DNA of 64,000 bases from Balanoglossus misakiensis (lineage: Eukaryota; Animalia; Hemichordata): NCBI GenBank assembly GCA_040954595.2, contig CM082579.2, positions 7,491,625 to 7,555,624 of the forward strand, written 5' to 3'. The notes beneath the pieces are model-generated. The model was not told the origin of the DNA, ran no database searches, and saw only the letters and a list, made by a program, of their open reading frames with translations. Shown here piece after piece: positions 23,666 to 36,000 of the stretch. The translations under genes were made by a program, and so were the position numbers. How positions within the stretch are numbered: the first letter of the stretch is position 1; each line of letters begins with the position of its first letter.

Positions 23666-24497
23666 TGTGTGTACATGTATTGTACTCACCCACCTTCACG
23701 TTGTTTATAACGCAACGATCGTGGAATATTATTTGACTGGTTTTGGGCGTCCGTGCCTTGTCCTGGAACAGCGGTACCCACCGTCTGTTGAAACGATAGA
23801 CTTGTGTGAGAATAGTGTAATCAATTTCCGACCACTTACTTAATATGCATAATTATGCTGGGGTGAGTGAGGAGTAGGAGTTTGATTACCTCAGTCCTGC
23901 AGGCCTGCACGCAGCAAAGATCATCAAGACCAGCACAATCCTGATCCTGACAATGCGTGATACCGTTACTGATCAGTGTTGATTAGGGTTGGGTCTTCCC
24001 TGTCCAAAACACAGCACAGTATCCCATGTGGCGATCTTGCAGCACCAGACACAACACTGCCTGCATGCGACGCTGACCTTTACACCGGAAGCATTTATTT
24101 ACATATACGTGATGATGTGATGACCTGGCCCAGTGACCTTGCTGTTTGGTCTGTTAATAAAATAATAAAGGTACAAGTACATAATATCTTCAAGCTACCC
24201 AGCTTTCAGCCGATTATTTTTTTGAATTACAAGAGGGTGTTTCTCTCTCCATTCTCACCATCAACATCTTTACACCATGTACACTAATTTATTGAGGGCG
24301 CTGTAACAGTCATCCAGCAAGCTGCTCAGCACACAGGTCACGGACGCGTGGTTACAAGCTGGCGTTCAGAGTTCGTCAACCATATCATCTCTTCTCACCG
24401 AAAAAATAAAATCGAAAAAACCAAGATAGCGAACCAACTTGCATTCCTTGTCCTCCAGATTGCAAAGAGGTAAATCATTGCTTTTCGCCAGGACTGA

Positions 24498-25046
<549 letters not shown>

Positions 25047-25444
25047 CGTTGTGTGATTTCCAATAAGTTTTATGTTGAAGATCAACTGCCTAAATCCGCA
25101 TGTTGTATCGAAGTAAATGCTGCTTTATTGGTTTTGCCAGCGAACTTGCCGTACTTAATTGGTGTTAAATTTACTTTTTAATAAATAATAAAAACATCCG
25201 CTAAATTTCTCAACAATGTTTGCATCAACCAAAGAAGGATTTTTACTCTTTCTCCTTTTTTGAACCGTACACGCACGACTTGAGATACCCCGGGGAGTGA
25301 ACAACTCTCGATTGGGTATATTAGGAGTTGCGCCCCCGGAACACACACACGCGTTCAGTGTTTATGTATTGCGTCCGCCACACGGTCCACGTCACCAGAT
25401 TCAAACGAGTTTCATAACACCAGTGGTAACACAGCGGCGCCTAT

Positions 25445-26718
25445 ATGGTTCAGAAAGGCGGCGTTATATTCAGTGTGTCTGCTGTAACATGTTTTTCGGT
25501 GGGACTGTTACTATGGTTATTTATTATCCAGTCGGACATTCCGGCAGGTAACGTTGAACTCGGAAATCCTGTGTTGCCGGGCAACGCCGACAGCAGCAAG
25601 ACCGGTAAGAACCAAAGGGCCGATGGAGATGAAGATGTAGAAATAAGGAAAACCAGGTAAAGTGTCTTGTCCCGACGTCTCCTTTAAAGGGGTATGATGA
25701 TCAACTTCAGCTAGCTCCGTCTGCCAAGCCCGTTTCGCTTGTCACCGGCGCGGCTGACGAGAAATCGGGGGCGTGGCCGCTATGACAACCTGACATTGAC
25801 AACTGTACAATTCACACGACCATGCCACGTATACCTTGTACTCGTGTGATCGGAATGAGAGTGTGGTAAAATACATGTATTTTACGACTTGTATAAAGTT
25901 ACAATGTAAAAGAAAAGCACCTAGCTAGCTCAGCGCAGGTCAGATCAGGCTGGCTTGAAAAGTGAGACCGAACCCCGTCAGCAACACTGGCAACTTGCAG
26001 CTGTCAATGTGTCAAAACTCGCGAGTGTACGTCACGTGTCACGTCACGTCACTTCATTCATTCATTCATTCATTCATTCATTCATTCATTCACCAGAGAT
26101 TCGCTTCTACCCCAAGTCTATAATGAGGAAGACAATCGGTCTTTTTTTTCTCGAAGTGGGGTACAATAGAAATTCAGTTCAAACATAAGTGATTTGACAG
26201 TTTTAAATGAAAGTGGGTTTGTAATGATATGAGGTCATTTGAAGGTCAAAAATGTCCCTATTTGTAAATTGAAAACAAAGTTTTGTGTGACTGTTTCAAC
26301 TTTGATGTTTGTATTTTTTCTCTTTTGGAGTAGAGATGACACCGCCTCGCTTGAAGTGACGTCATCATCTTGGGGCCACATAGAATTGAGTGACGGTTCC
26401 TCCTACAAGGACTGCAAGCTTTGGCCAGGTGGCAGCTCGGAGTGGGATTGGTCCAAAACGGGCACCCACCACTCACCCGGCCTGCAAACTGAGGATCTTC
26501 AAGAAATCTTCAAGAAAGGTGTCGATGTCTTGGTGATTGGGAACGGCATGCAGGGACAACTTGGAGTGCCGACCGAGACGCTGGATCACATCAAAGAACA
26601 GAACGTTGACCCTGTAGTGGTACATGTATTGCAGACTGACAAAGCGCTGGAGAAGTACAATACCTTGGTGCGAGAGGGAGAGAAGAGGGTTGGGGGCATT
26701 TTCCACAGTACTTGTTGA
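25445..26718 (+). CDS. AAMDC-like paralog with N-terminal transmembrane/signal-anchor extension, about 198 aa; exons 25445-25656 and 26334-26718
   Basis: Exon 2 encodes a complete Mth938 domain (SSWGHIEL...YKDCKLWPGGSSEWDW...VGGIFHSTC) but has no Met at the position of the AAMDC start. Exon 1 (MVQKGGVIFSVSAVTCFSVGLLLWLFIIQ...) ends AG|GTAAAG in phase 2 and joins in frame to TAG|A GAT GAC after a pyrimidine tract. Confidence 0.78.
26053..26092 (+). repeat. (TTCA)10 microsatellite, intronic
   Basis: Perfect ttca run preceded by gtcac-type repeats (26029-26052). Confidence 0.9.
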
Positions 26719-28300
26719 TATTCTGATGAAAATGGAGAACTGGCGAAACGTTGCAAGAACTATGGGGAAATAGGATATTTACAAATTTTACTGTAGGCTT
26801 CTCACGGCGGTATGAGGTGTCTCAGTATTTCGGGCCTTCAAGGGGAACTCTGACTAAAGTACCGAGAAGGGGGTGGGGTACTCAAAACACCTAAGTGGAA
26901 TTTATAAAATTTTCTATAAAATGTCCAGTTTGGGACTTTGGGTTATTTATTGTGAGTTCTTATCGAATAAGATAATGGAGATTGAAATCTTTCCCGTTAA
27001 TGTAACATATTTTATAAATACATGGGCCTCTGAATAAAAGTATATTTTGATATGCTGAAATTGGTCTGATTGTATGCACTTCACTTTGTGTATTGATCAA
27101 AAGGCAATTTTACTACCAATAGGCCTACGACAACGATCAGCCCAAGGAAAACTGTTGGCTGGTACCCTGCCTCGGTGACAAACACCAAAGAGGCAGGTAA
27201 ACACAAACCGCCATATTTAGAATTTTGGAATCTGATTGGCTAATAAATGAACGTTCTATAACTTCCGGGCTACATTCAATCTGTCGCGTTTCTTGACATT
27301 CATTTTTAGTCTTCCCGAATATACATATTTTTAAAAAACCAACAGTTTATGATGGAAGTGAAGCTAAAATCAATACAACTACTGACACAAATGTTGGCTG
27401 GTATGCGCATTAGCCACTTCCGGGAAAGTGTCAAAAAACTAACACTTTTCAAAATGGCGGTCGGCGTTTATCTGCGTCTATCTTCGTGACGCGTCTTTTT
27501 GCCAAGTCACGTGAGACGCAGTGTTCAGCGAAGGAAAACTGCTTCAACTCGGCTAGTGCGCGTGCGCAGCAGCCATTTTAGTTCAAAAAGTTGGGTGACG
27601 TCACGAAATTTCCAACACTTGGTGGCGACATTTACAATTCCATGGCAGACGTGAACTCCACGAGACGTGACCGTATGCCATCGTATGCAGATATCGACAG
27701 TATATGTACCCCAAACAAGGCAGTTTGTCAGCAGGTTGCGAATCTGTCTGGCAATGTACGCTAAATTATATTTTATCCATTTAATGAATTAGAAGTGTAA
27801 TTTTATGTGACTGATATGAATTTTATTAGCATATCGAATTAATTTTGGCTGATCCCACAGTCCTTTGCGTACGCTTCTGTAAACAAAAATGGCGGCGGTT
27901 TTGAATGTTGTCCTTCCTCGCATAAAGTTAAAAAACGGATGGTTGTACAAGTTGTTGTATGTTTTGTGGCTGTTCGTCGTCCCGTATGAATGAGGTGTGG
28001 TCGGTAACGGTGAACGGTGCACCAGTTTTGGTCCACAGATGGAAATTTCTAGTCCTGCGCAATAATTCGTTTTAGATAATCGCCAGCTGCAGCTTTACCT
28101 ATGGTATTGGCAGTGAAATGAGCAGGGCTGTGGTGTAGAGACATCGCCGTAAGACACACTGCCGTGCCACGCAGGGACAGTATTCGACACCAGACGACAG
28201 TACTGCAAGTGCCAGTGACCGTCGGTAAATCGAGCGTGTTGTCAGTGGGATAGCTCTGCGTGGCGCGTGGCTTACGGCGATGTCTAACTGTTCACTGTTA

Positions 28301-28829
28301 CATTGGGTATGGATGGCTGTTAACGGTGGCTAGACATATGTTGCCTAACCCATTACATAGAGTGATATTAATATTAACGGTCAATATGATTTAGCCTAAC
28401 TGTATACCATTGGGTATGGATGGCTGTTCACGGTGGTTAGACATATCTTACCTAACCCATTACATAGAGTGATATTAATATTAATGGTCAATATGATTTA
28501 GCCTAACTGTTTACCAGTGGGTATGGATGGCTGTTCACGGTGGCTAGACATATGTTGCCTAACCCATTACATAGAGTGGTATTAATATTAACGGTCAATA
28601 TGATTTAGCCTAACTGTTTACCATTGGGTATGGATGGTTGTTAACGGTGCTAGACATATGTTGCCTAACCCATTACATAGAGTGGTATTAATATTAACGG
28701 TCAATATGATTTAGCCTAACTGTTTACCATTGGGTATGGATGGCTGTTCACGGTGGCTAGACATATGTTGCCTAACCTATTACATAGAGTGATATTAATA
28801 TTAACGGTCAATATAATTTAGCCTAACTG
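28301..28829 (+). repeat. 107-bp tandem repeat, 5 copies (inner part of left arm)
   Basis: Unit CATTGGGTATGGATGGCTGTT...TTTAGCCTAACTGTTTAC starts at 28301, 28408, 28515, 28622 and 28728. Confidence 0.92.
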
Positions 28830-28888
28830 CCTAACTCTGTACATAGAGTAATACATAGAGTAATACCAAAGTATCTGTACCATGCCAA

Positions 28889-29596
28889 TTTTTAGTCGAT
28901 GCGATGATAATTTCTCATTATTAATTAGCAATTATCGTAATTAATCTCTCCCATATCATCAAGGTTCTTATATACGATTTTATACATGGCCGATATCATC
29001 AAGGTTCTTAAATAGGATTTTATACACGTGGCCGTGGTTCTTAGTAAAAATCGTGGTTCTTACGCTTTACAGTCATAAAAGTGAAAAATACTGAAGTTTC
29101 TAGCTTAAAAAGTATTATTTTTAGTCGATGCGATGATAATTTCTCATTATTAATTAGCAATTATCGTAATTAATCTTTCCGATATCATCAAGGTTCTTAA
29201 ATAGGATTTTATACACGTGGCCGTGGTTTTTACTAAAAATCGTGGTTCTTACGTTTTACAGTCGTACAAGTGAAAAATACTGAAGGTTCTAGCTTAAAAA
29301 GTATTATGTTTAGTCGATGCGATGATAATTTCTCATTATAAATTAGCAATTATCGTAATTAATCTTTCCGATATCATCAAGGTTCTTAAATAGGATTTTA
29401 TACATGGCCGATATCATCAAGGTTCTTAAATAGGATTTTATACACGTGGCCGTGGTTCTTACTAAAAATCGTGGTTCTTACGTTTTACAGTCATAAAAGT
29501 GAAAATTACTGAAGGTTCTAGCTTAAAAAGTATTATTTTTAGTCGATGCGATGATAATTTCTCAGTATTAATTAGCAATTATCGTAATTAATCTCT
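28889..29596 (+). repeat. 229/189-bp tandem repeat, about 3.3 copies, forming the spacer of the foldback element
   Basis: AGTCGATGCGATGATAATTTCTC recurs at 28894, 29123, 29312 and 29541. The period difference is one 40-bp subunit (GATATCATCAAGGTTCTTAAATAGGATTTTATACATGGCC). Confidence 0.9.
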
Positions 29597-30117
29597 AAAT
29601 TATATTGACCGTTAATATTAATATCACTCTATGTAATGGGTTAGGCAACATATGTCTAGCCACCGTAAACAGCCATCCATACCCAATGGTAAACAGTTAG
29701 GCTAAATCATATTGACCGTTAATATTAATACCACTCTATGTAATGGGTTAGGCAACATATGTCTAGCACCGTTAACAACCATCCATACCCAATGGTAAAC
29801 AGTTAGGCTAAATCATATTGACCGTTAATATTAATATCACTCTATGTAATGGGTTAGGCAACATATGTCTAGCCACCGTGAACAGCCATCCATACCCACT
29901 GGTAAACAGTTAGGCTAAATCATATTGACCGTTAATATTAATATCACTCTATGTAATGGGTTAGGTAAGATATGTCTGACCACCGTGAACAGCCATCCAT
30001 ACCCAATGGTAAACAGTTAGGCTAAATCATATTGACCGTTAATATTAATATCACTCTATGTAATGGGTTAGGCAACATATGTCTAGCCACCGTTAACAGC
30101 CATATCCATACCCAATG
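29595..30117 (-). repeat. 107-bp tandem repeat, 5 copies, inverted (inner part of right arm)
   Basis: Reverse complement of the 28301-28829 array, with unit variants in mirrored order. Confidence 0.92.
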
Positions 30118-32488
30118 TAACAGTGAACAGTTTGACATCGCCGTAAGCCACGCGCCACGCAGAGCTATCCCACTGACAACACGCTCGATTTACCGACGGT
30201 CACTGGCACTTGCAGTACTGTCGTCTGGTGTCGAATACTGTCCCTGCGTGGCACGGCAGTGTGTCTTACGGCGATGTCTCCACACCACAGCCCTGCTCAT
30301 TTCACTGCCAATACCATAGGTAAAGCTGCAGCTGGCGATTATCTAAAACGAATTATTGCGCAGGACTAGAAATTTCCATCTGTGGACCAAAACTGGTGCA
30401 CCGTTCACCGTTACCGACCACACCTCATTCATACGGGACGACGAACAGCCACAAAACATACAACAACTTGTACAACCATCCTTTTTTTAACTTTATGCGA
30501 GGAAGGACAACATTCAAAACCGCCGCCATTTTTGTTTACAGAAGCGGGCGCAAAGGACTGTGGGATCAGCAAAAATTAATTCGATATGCTAATAAAATTC
30601 ATATCAGTCACATAAAATTACACTTCTAACTCATTAAATTGATAAAATATAATTTAGCGTACATTGCCAGACAGATTCGCAACCTGCTGACAAACTGCCT
30701 TGTTTGGGGGATGGCGTACGGTCTGCGGTCTGCCATGGAATTGTAAATGTCGCCACCAAGTGTTGGAAATTTCGTGACGTCACCCAACTTTTTGAACTAA
30801 AATGGCTGCTGCGCACCAGCCGAGTTGAATATTTCCTGTTGTGTGTGGACGAATTTCTGCATCTCAAATAAAATATAGATTGTACTCAAATAAAATATAG
30901 ATTGTAGTGCGGACAAACTGTTCGGATAGCATATATATGTACACACACATGCATTCGAGGTCACTCACGTCTCTGATTGGCTAATTAATTATTAGTTTTG
31001 TCCCGACAATTCTCATTGGTCGATTGGTATCCACACAACCGAAACAGGTAGACCACAGCACTTGTAATTGGTCAATTAGTCTCTACACTCTTGGAACAGG
31101 CATGCAACGCAGACGCTCCAATTTACGTTGACCCGGGATTTGACCTAATTCAACAAGCCTGTCCACAGAATTTAAATATATGTTGCAACAAAAATGTACA
31201 CAAAAATGGCCAATAAGTGCATGTACGTGCACACGCACACACACACATCCCCCAGTGTTTTAGTCCCCAAGACTTTCTCCAGAGGGGCTAAAAATGAAGA
31301 CACACGTATTGTTTTGTGAAAACCAACAGAGCCAAACTTTTAAATCCCTGACAACATTTACAAATAGCCCTTTGAAAAGAATGAATATAGACTGATTTCT
31401 AAAATGCATCATATCTGAAATACACTATAATCAAAGTCATAATTTTTGTATATTGAAAACAAAAAAAGAAAAAGACCGACTCTTAGATTTCAACTGGACA
31501 CGTCCAAAATGTGCTGTTACAAACATTTCAGTTGCTATGGTTCTGTATACTACAAACGCTAGAATATAGATTGCAGATTGGGTGTGCAAAAGTTGCAATG
31601 TTGAAATAAAATGAAGTTGTAAATATATTCTGCTCGTCTGATGCACTATGTAAATTCAGAACACCACTTAGAAAGTAAGGTTAGGACACTGCATCCAATA
31701 ATATTACAGAGTTTTGTAATTAAAATTCATGGAAAAATTATACTATTTGCAAACACCTAAGGTATTTCACACCTCTGCAAAACTTCATGAAGCTACGATG
31801 CATCTCTTGAAAACATATCTAGAACTTCTAATTAGACTTTCCTGACAAAGTCATGGTTTGAGATTTCACCCAGTTTTGTCAGTTATTTTCTGGCATTCAG
31901 TCTGTTTAACGGTAAAATGTTAAGTTTTCCCCCTAATATTATTTTTGTTTCTATGACACAAAATTAATTAATAATCTCAATCAAATTTTACTATAAACTT
32001 CATATAGGAATTCATCTACATCTCTTATTCCGTTGCCATGGCAATGAAGACGATGAGGATTAGGAAGATCACTTGTGGGTAACAGAAAAAAAGACAAAAG
32101 CAACTTGTACATAAATAAAAGAAATTGCTGTTATTGCAGTCTCTGCTGTTATCACAGAAAGAGGGAGAGAGCTAGAGGGGGGGGGGGGAGAAATAGAGGG
32201 AGAGGAGGGGATGAGGGAGGGAGAGAGAGAGAACTGGCACATCTGCAAACATGAATCCGGTTCACCTTATTGATTATCAATCGTCTGTGGCAGTGAATGC
32301 AGCTGAGCCTGATCAATAACCGAAATAACAGTGAAAATGCCAGGATGTAGGAATAAACCCGATACCGTAGTGTGCGTGTTTCCTTCAGATCCTCCAATGA
32401 TCCTACTTATTGTAAAAAAAAAATCATCTATGCGTAGTCATCCTAAACTCAGAGATAAGCAACCCCACACAGCATTCAACACAACATA

Positions 32489-32621
32489 TTAAAGGTATAC
32501 AGTCACCTATGCATATTTATAGCCACAGTTACCATGGAAAGTTGAGATCCAGCCAATGAAGGATTTTCAACCACAACCACATATGGGCATATGTAAATGA
32601 AGGGTGACTGTATACTTTTAA
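32489..32621. mobile_element. Short MITE with TTAA target duplication (Kolobok/T2-MITE-like termini)
   Basis: TTAA-AGGTATACAGTCACC ... GGTGACTGTATACTT-TTAA; 15-bp TIR with one mismatch; element is 32493-32617. Confidence 0.7.
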
Positions 32622-33006
32622 ACAGTGGAAAAGGCAGATGAATTCACATGAAAAAAAGGGCGAATTGGAAAACAATCTTAGCACAGAGAACACTCATCAT
32701 CATCAATATTGACAAGGCCACATTGCTAATCTTTTTCACCTAATCAAAATGTTATGATATTTAAATTGTGTCCAACAAAGTATAATCATCAGTGATATCA
32801 TTTGTGTTTACTATCATATATCTAAAGCAAACAAAAAAATATAATCTTTCACCATATTTGTTAGGATCAAATCAGGGATAATTGAAATACGAAATGACAT
32901 TCACATCAAAATTCATTGTCACTTGCAGCTGCATTTCATGCATATAAAATGTGAAGGCTTCAGGTGGACAGATCATTCTCACGGATTTATTCTTTTCAGT
33001 GATAAT

Positions 33007-36000
33007 TCAGTCTGTTTTGGCAATGAGGTTGTTCACTTTGGGTTGCATAAGTTCTTCTATCATCTTCTCCACCAGGTCATGGAGTTCTCCCCGTATTGCT
33101 TCGCGGTCTCTGCAGAAAAAAAAACCCATCCCAAACCAAGTTGAGAATACTGTAAAACGGGTTATTTTCGCGAGCAATATGTTAAAAACATCCTCAGATG
33201 TATCTTCGGAACTGATTTGTGTGAATGATTGTTGAGATGCTGTTGTTTACGGTCTTAGTGATGCAGAATGTGTGAGGAAATCTTCAGTATGGGAATGATA
33301 AAATAATGACTATTAGGTTTGACTTACGTGTTGCTTGGATCTGCACACATCTCTGCATAGTATTTGATCTTGGGTTCAGTGCCACTTGTACGGAGAGTCG
33401 CCACACAACCATTGCTGAAAGTCAACGTGATCATCTGACTGGATGCACTGGTTGGTAAAATCTGCAAACAAAATATGAGATTAATCTGTTCTTACTTATC
33501 AACTCACACTCTTTGAAACATTCAATAGTGCTGGCGACATGCTTTTTTTTCTATCTAAAAAAGTAATAACTATGAATTAACATTTTACTCACAGCCTTGT
33601 TGTCTGATTGGTTGTTGTCAAATCCTGTTGTCAAATCTCTGACACCACTGATACTGTACGGCCCAATACTAGCTGGATACTGGAAATAAAACACAGCATA
33701 ATATTTTAGCGTAAGAGTTTTCATAAACCTGCGAGTTTTCACTGTTTCAGTTTCAATGACAATTTAGTTACTCATATAAACTGGAAAATTCCAATTATCA
33801 GAAACTTACTGAGTCGTTCTCATAATTTCTGATTCTTTCAAACATACTTCTCACAGTGTCTGGGTTGTAACAGAGATAATAGGAGTTTGATGATATGTGG
33901 TAACCGTACCTGCAAAGAAGTCGAACAACATGAACCAAATGAATGAAAAATATTTCTCAGATAGATTTTTTGTAGTAAATATTCTGACAGTGAAAGCATT
34001 AGCGAGGTAAAAATTCACCATTTCACTTTGCGACAATAATATTTGGAAAGGGAGTTCTTACGTGGTGAAAATGTCGTCTAACTTTTGAGTCAAAGTCATA
34101 TTTTGTGAGGCAAGATAGGTCGTCATTTCTGCCAGGACCACTGATGCACTGATGCCATCCTTGTCAAGGACTTTCGTTCCGTACATGAAACCTAAAAAAA
34201 TGGATTAAGTATGATCTTAGCTGAGATATGGAAAGACAAACATAGGAAAATGAAAATATTAAAATGTGGAAAATTGCGATAAAAACATAGTTCGATTGTG
34301 GTGTCAAACTAAATAAAATCTGTAGAATTGAACAAGTTTTCACTTTCTAGTAATGTGAAATAATAATGTTATCGAAAGAAGGCATAAAAATAAATTTTGT
34401 TGTGTCATTTATCTTTTGATTTTTATAGAAAGTATACCATGTTGATGCAAAAAATACACAAAAGCCTCAGATAGGGGCATTTAATAACTGCATACATCTG
34501 TTCTTACAAAAATACAAGAAAAACAATAACTGCAAAGAAAACTGAAGCCTCCAATACAACTCTTTTTCAGAACAAGACAAGGTGTCGTATTTTTTTCATA
34601 AAACTGCCGTGGGGGAATTCCCAATGTATCCAGGGGATATTTATTCAAAAATCTACAGAAAGAAATGCTACACATAAGCTTTCTGTCAAATGAAGAAATA
34701 TTGGTCTGGCTGAATGTGAACAATCAGAGGACAATAAAACTATTCTTACCAATGGCCTCCTCAAAGGCAAACAACACTTTCTTTCCTTCTTGATGCAACT
34801 TCTTGGTTTTATTCCCCATCCACTTGAAACCAGTCAACGTCTCTTCAAAGTTGCAGCCTTCCAGTTTTGCGATTGCATTCAGAATTTTGGACGACACGGT
34901 GCTCGCGATCAGGTACACATCTGAAAACGTAATGAAACAGCAGCATTAGTTGGACATTGTATTACATTGCTGGTGGAAATTTCAAATGGTTTTAAAATGG
35001 AAGGTTTATTCTCATTTGTGGAGATTCTATGGTGAAGCCTGGCAAATCTCCTAATGGACACAGAGTTACAGACAGGAATGCATTTTGATAGTGTAATTTT
35101 GGAGCAGCGTACAATTTGTCTTGTGTCCCATTTTAAATTCGAAAACACCAATGTTCATAGTGTCACCCATACCTGACATATCCACATCATTGCCAAACTG
35201 CTCCTTGTACGTGAACACCGCCCACCAACCAAACAGAGCTCCGGTCTCATTCCCGGTGAAGATCTTCCACTTTCCGTCCGCTTGCCTCTCGGCCACGGCA
35301 CACCTGTCCGCATCCGGATCATTGGCAAGGATTATGGTACTTCCGTTCGCGTTGGCTGTCTCCATGGCCAGATTCAAGGCACTTTTGCCCTCCTCCGGGT
35401 TCGGGAATTTGACTGTTGGAAAGTCGGGATCGGGATCCACCTAAACAATGAAACATTTGTCTTAGACAATGCATGTCATAACAGATTACTAATTCAAAGA
35501 AATACACCATGAGAACACTTTGGTTTACGATGTAATTATCCATAATTTCAGCACAGTGAAGCACGTGTTTCTTTGGGTAGGTGTCAGTGTGCCCTCTAAC
35601 AACCATAATATTTGAAAGCCTTGAGTCAAATTTAGGATTTCTGAAAAATTCTCAGCCCTATACCTTTGCATATATATTGGATAATTTCCTTGAACTGATT
35701 CATCAGTGAGTTTGTTGAGTCAGCGGCGCGTCAAATGGGCTTATAGAGGGCACACTGGTAGCTGGTGTCTCCTGATTAAATGTGTTTTTACCTGTTCCTT
35801 GACGAGTACCAATGGTTGGAACCCAAACACTTCAAAGGCTTTGACGGCAAACTCTGTACCCACACCATGCATTGCAGTGTATGTAAACTTCAATGGAGAT
35901 GACTTGTTCAGCGACCTGATGCATACAAAAAAGACAAAAATGTTAACACGACACCTATCGCTAGAGCGTACATTTTACTACTTCCATAACAAGATGGCAT

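Larger units (their letters stand above)
27543..30829. mobile_element. Foldback-like non-autonomous element: about 1.25-kb inverted arms with internal tandem arrays and a repetitive spacer
   Basis: 27543-28823 is the reverse complement of 29595-30829 with scattered substitutions and small indels. The mirrored short ORFs 27789-28022(-) and 30396-30629(+) confirm the symmetry. No transposase ORF and no clear TSD were seen. Confidence 0.8.

Noticed and set aside
28301-30117. Regular repeats resembling a CRISPR array
   Set aside because: Units are contiguous 107-bp and 189/229-bp tandem copies without unique spacers; eukaryotic context and no cas genes.
27789-30629. Duplicated 77-aa and 65-aa ORFs on opposite strands
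   Set aside because: They only reflect the inverted arms; non-ATG starts and no transposase motifs.
30863-30906. 22-bp direct tandem duplication next to the foldback right end
   Set aside because: Both copies are on the same side, so it is not a TSD; likely slippage.
33148-33180. TACTGTA-starting TIR-like fragments (also at 56751-56800)
   Set aside because: They look like MITE ends, but no partner inverted end or TSD was found.
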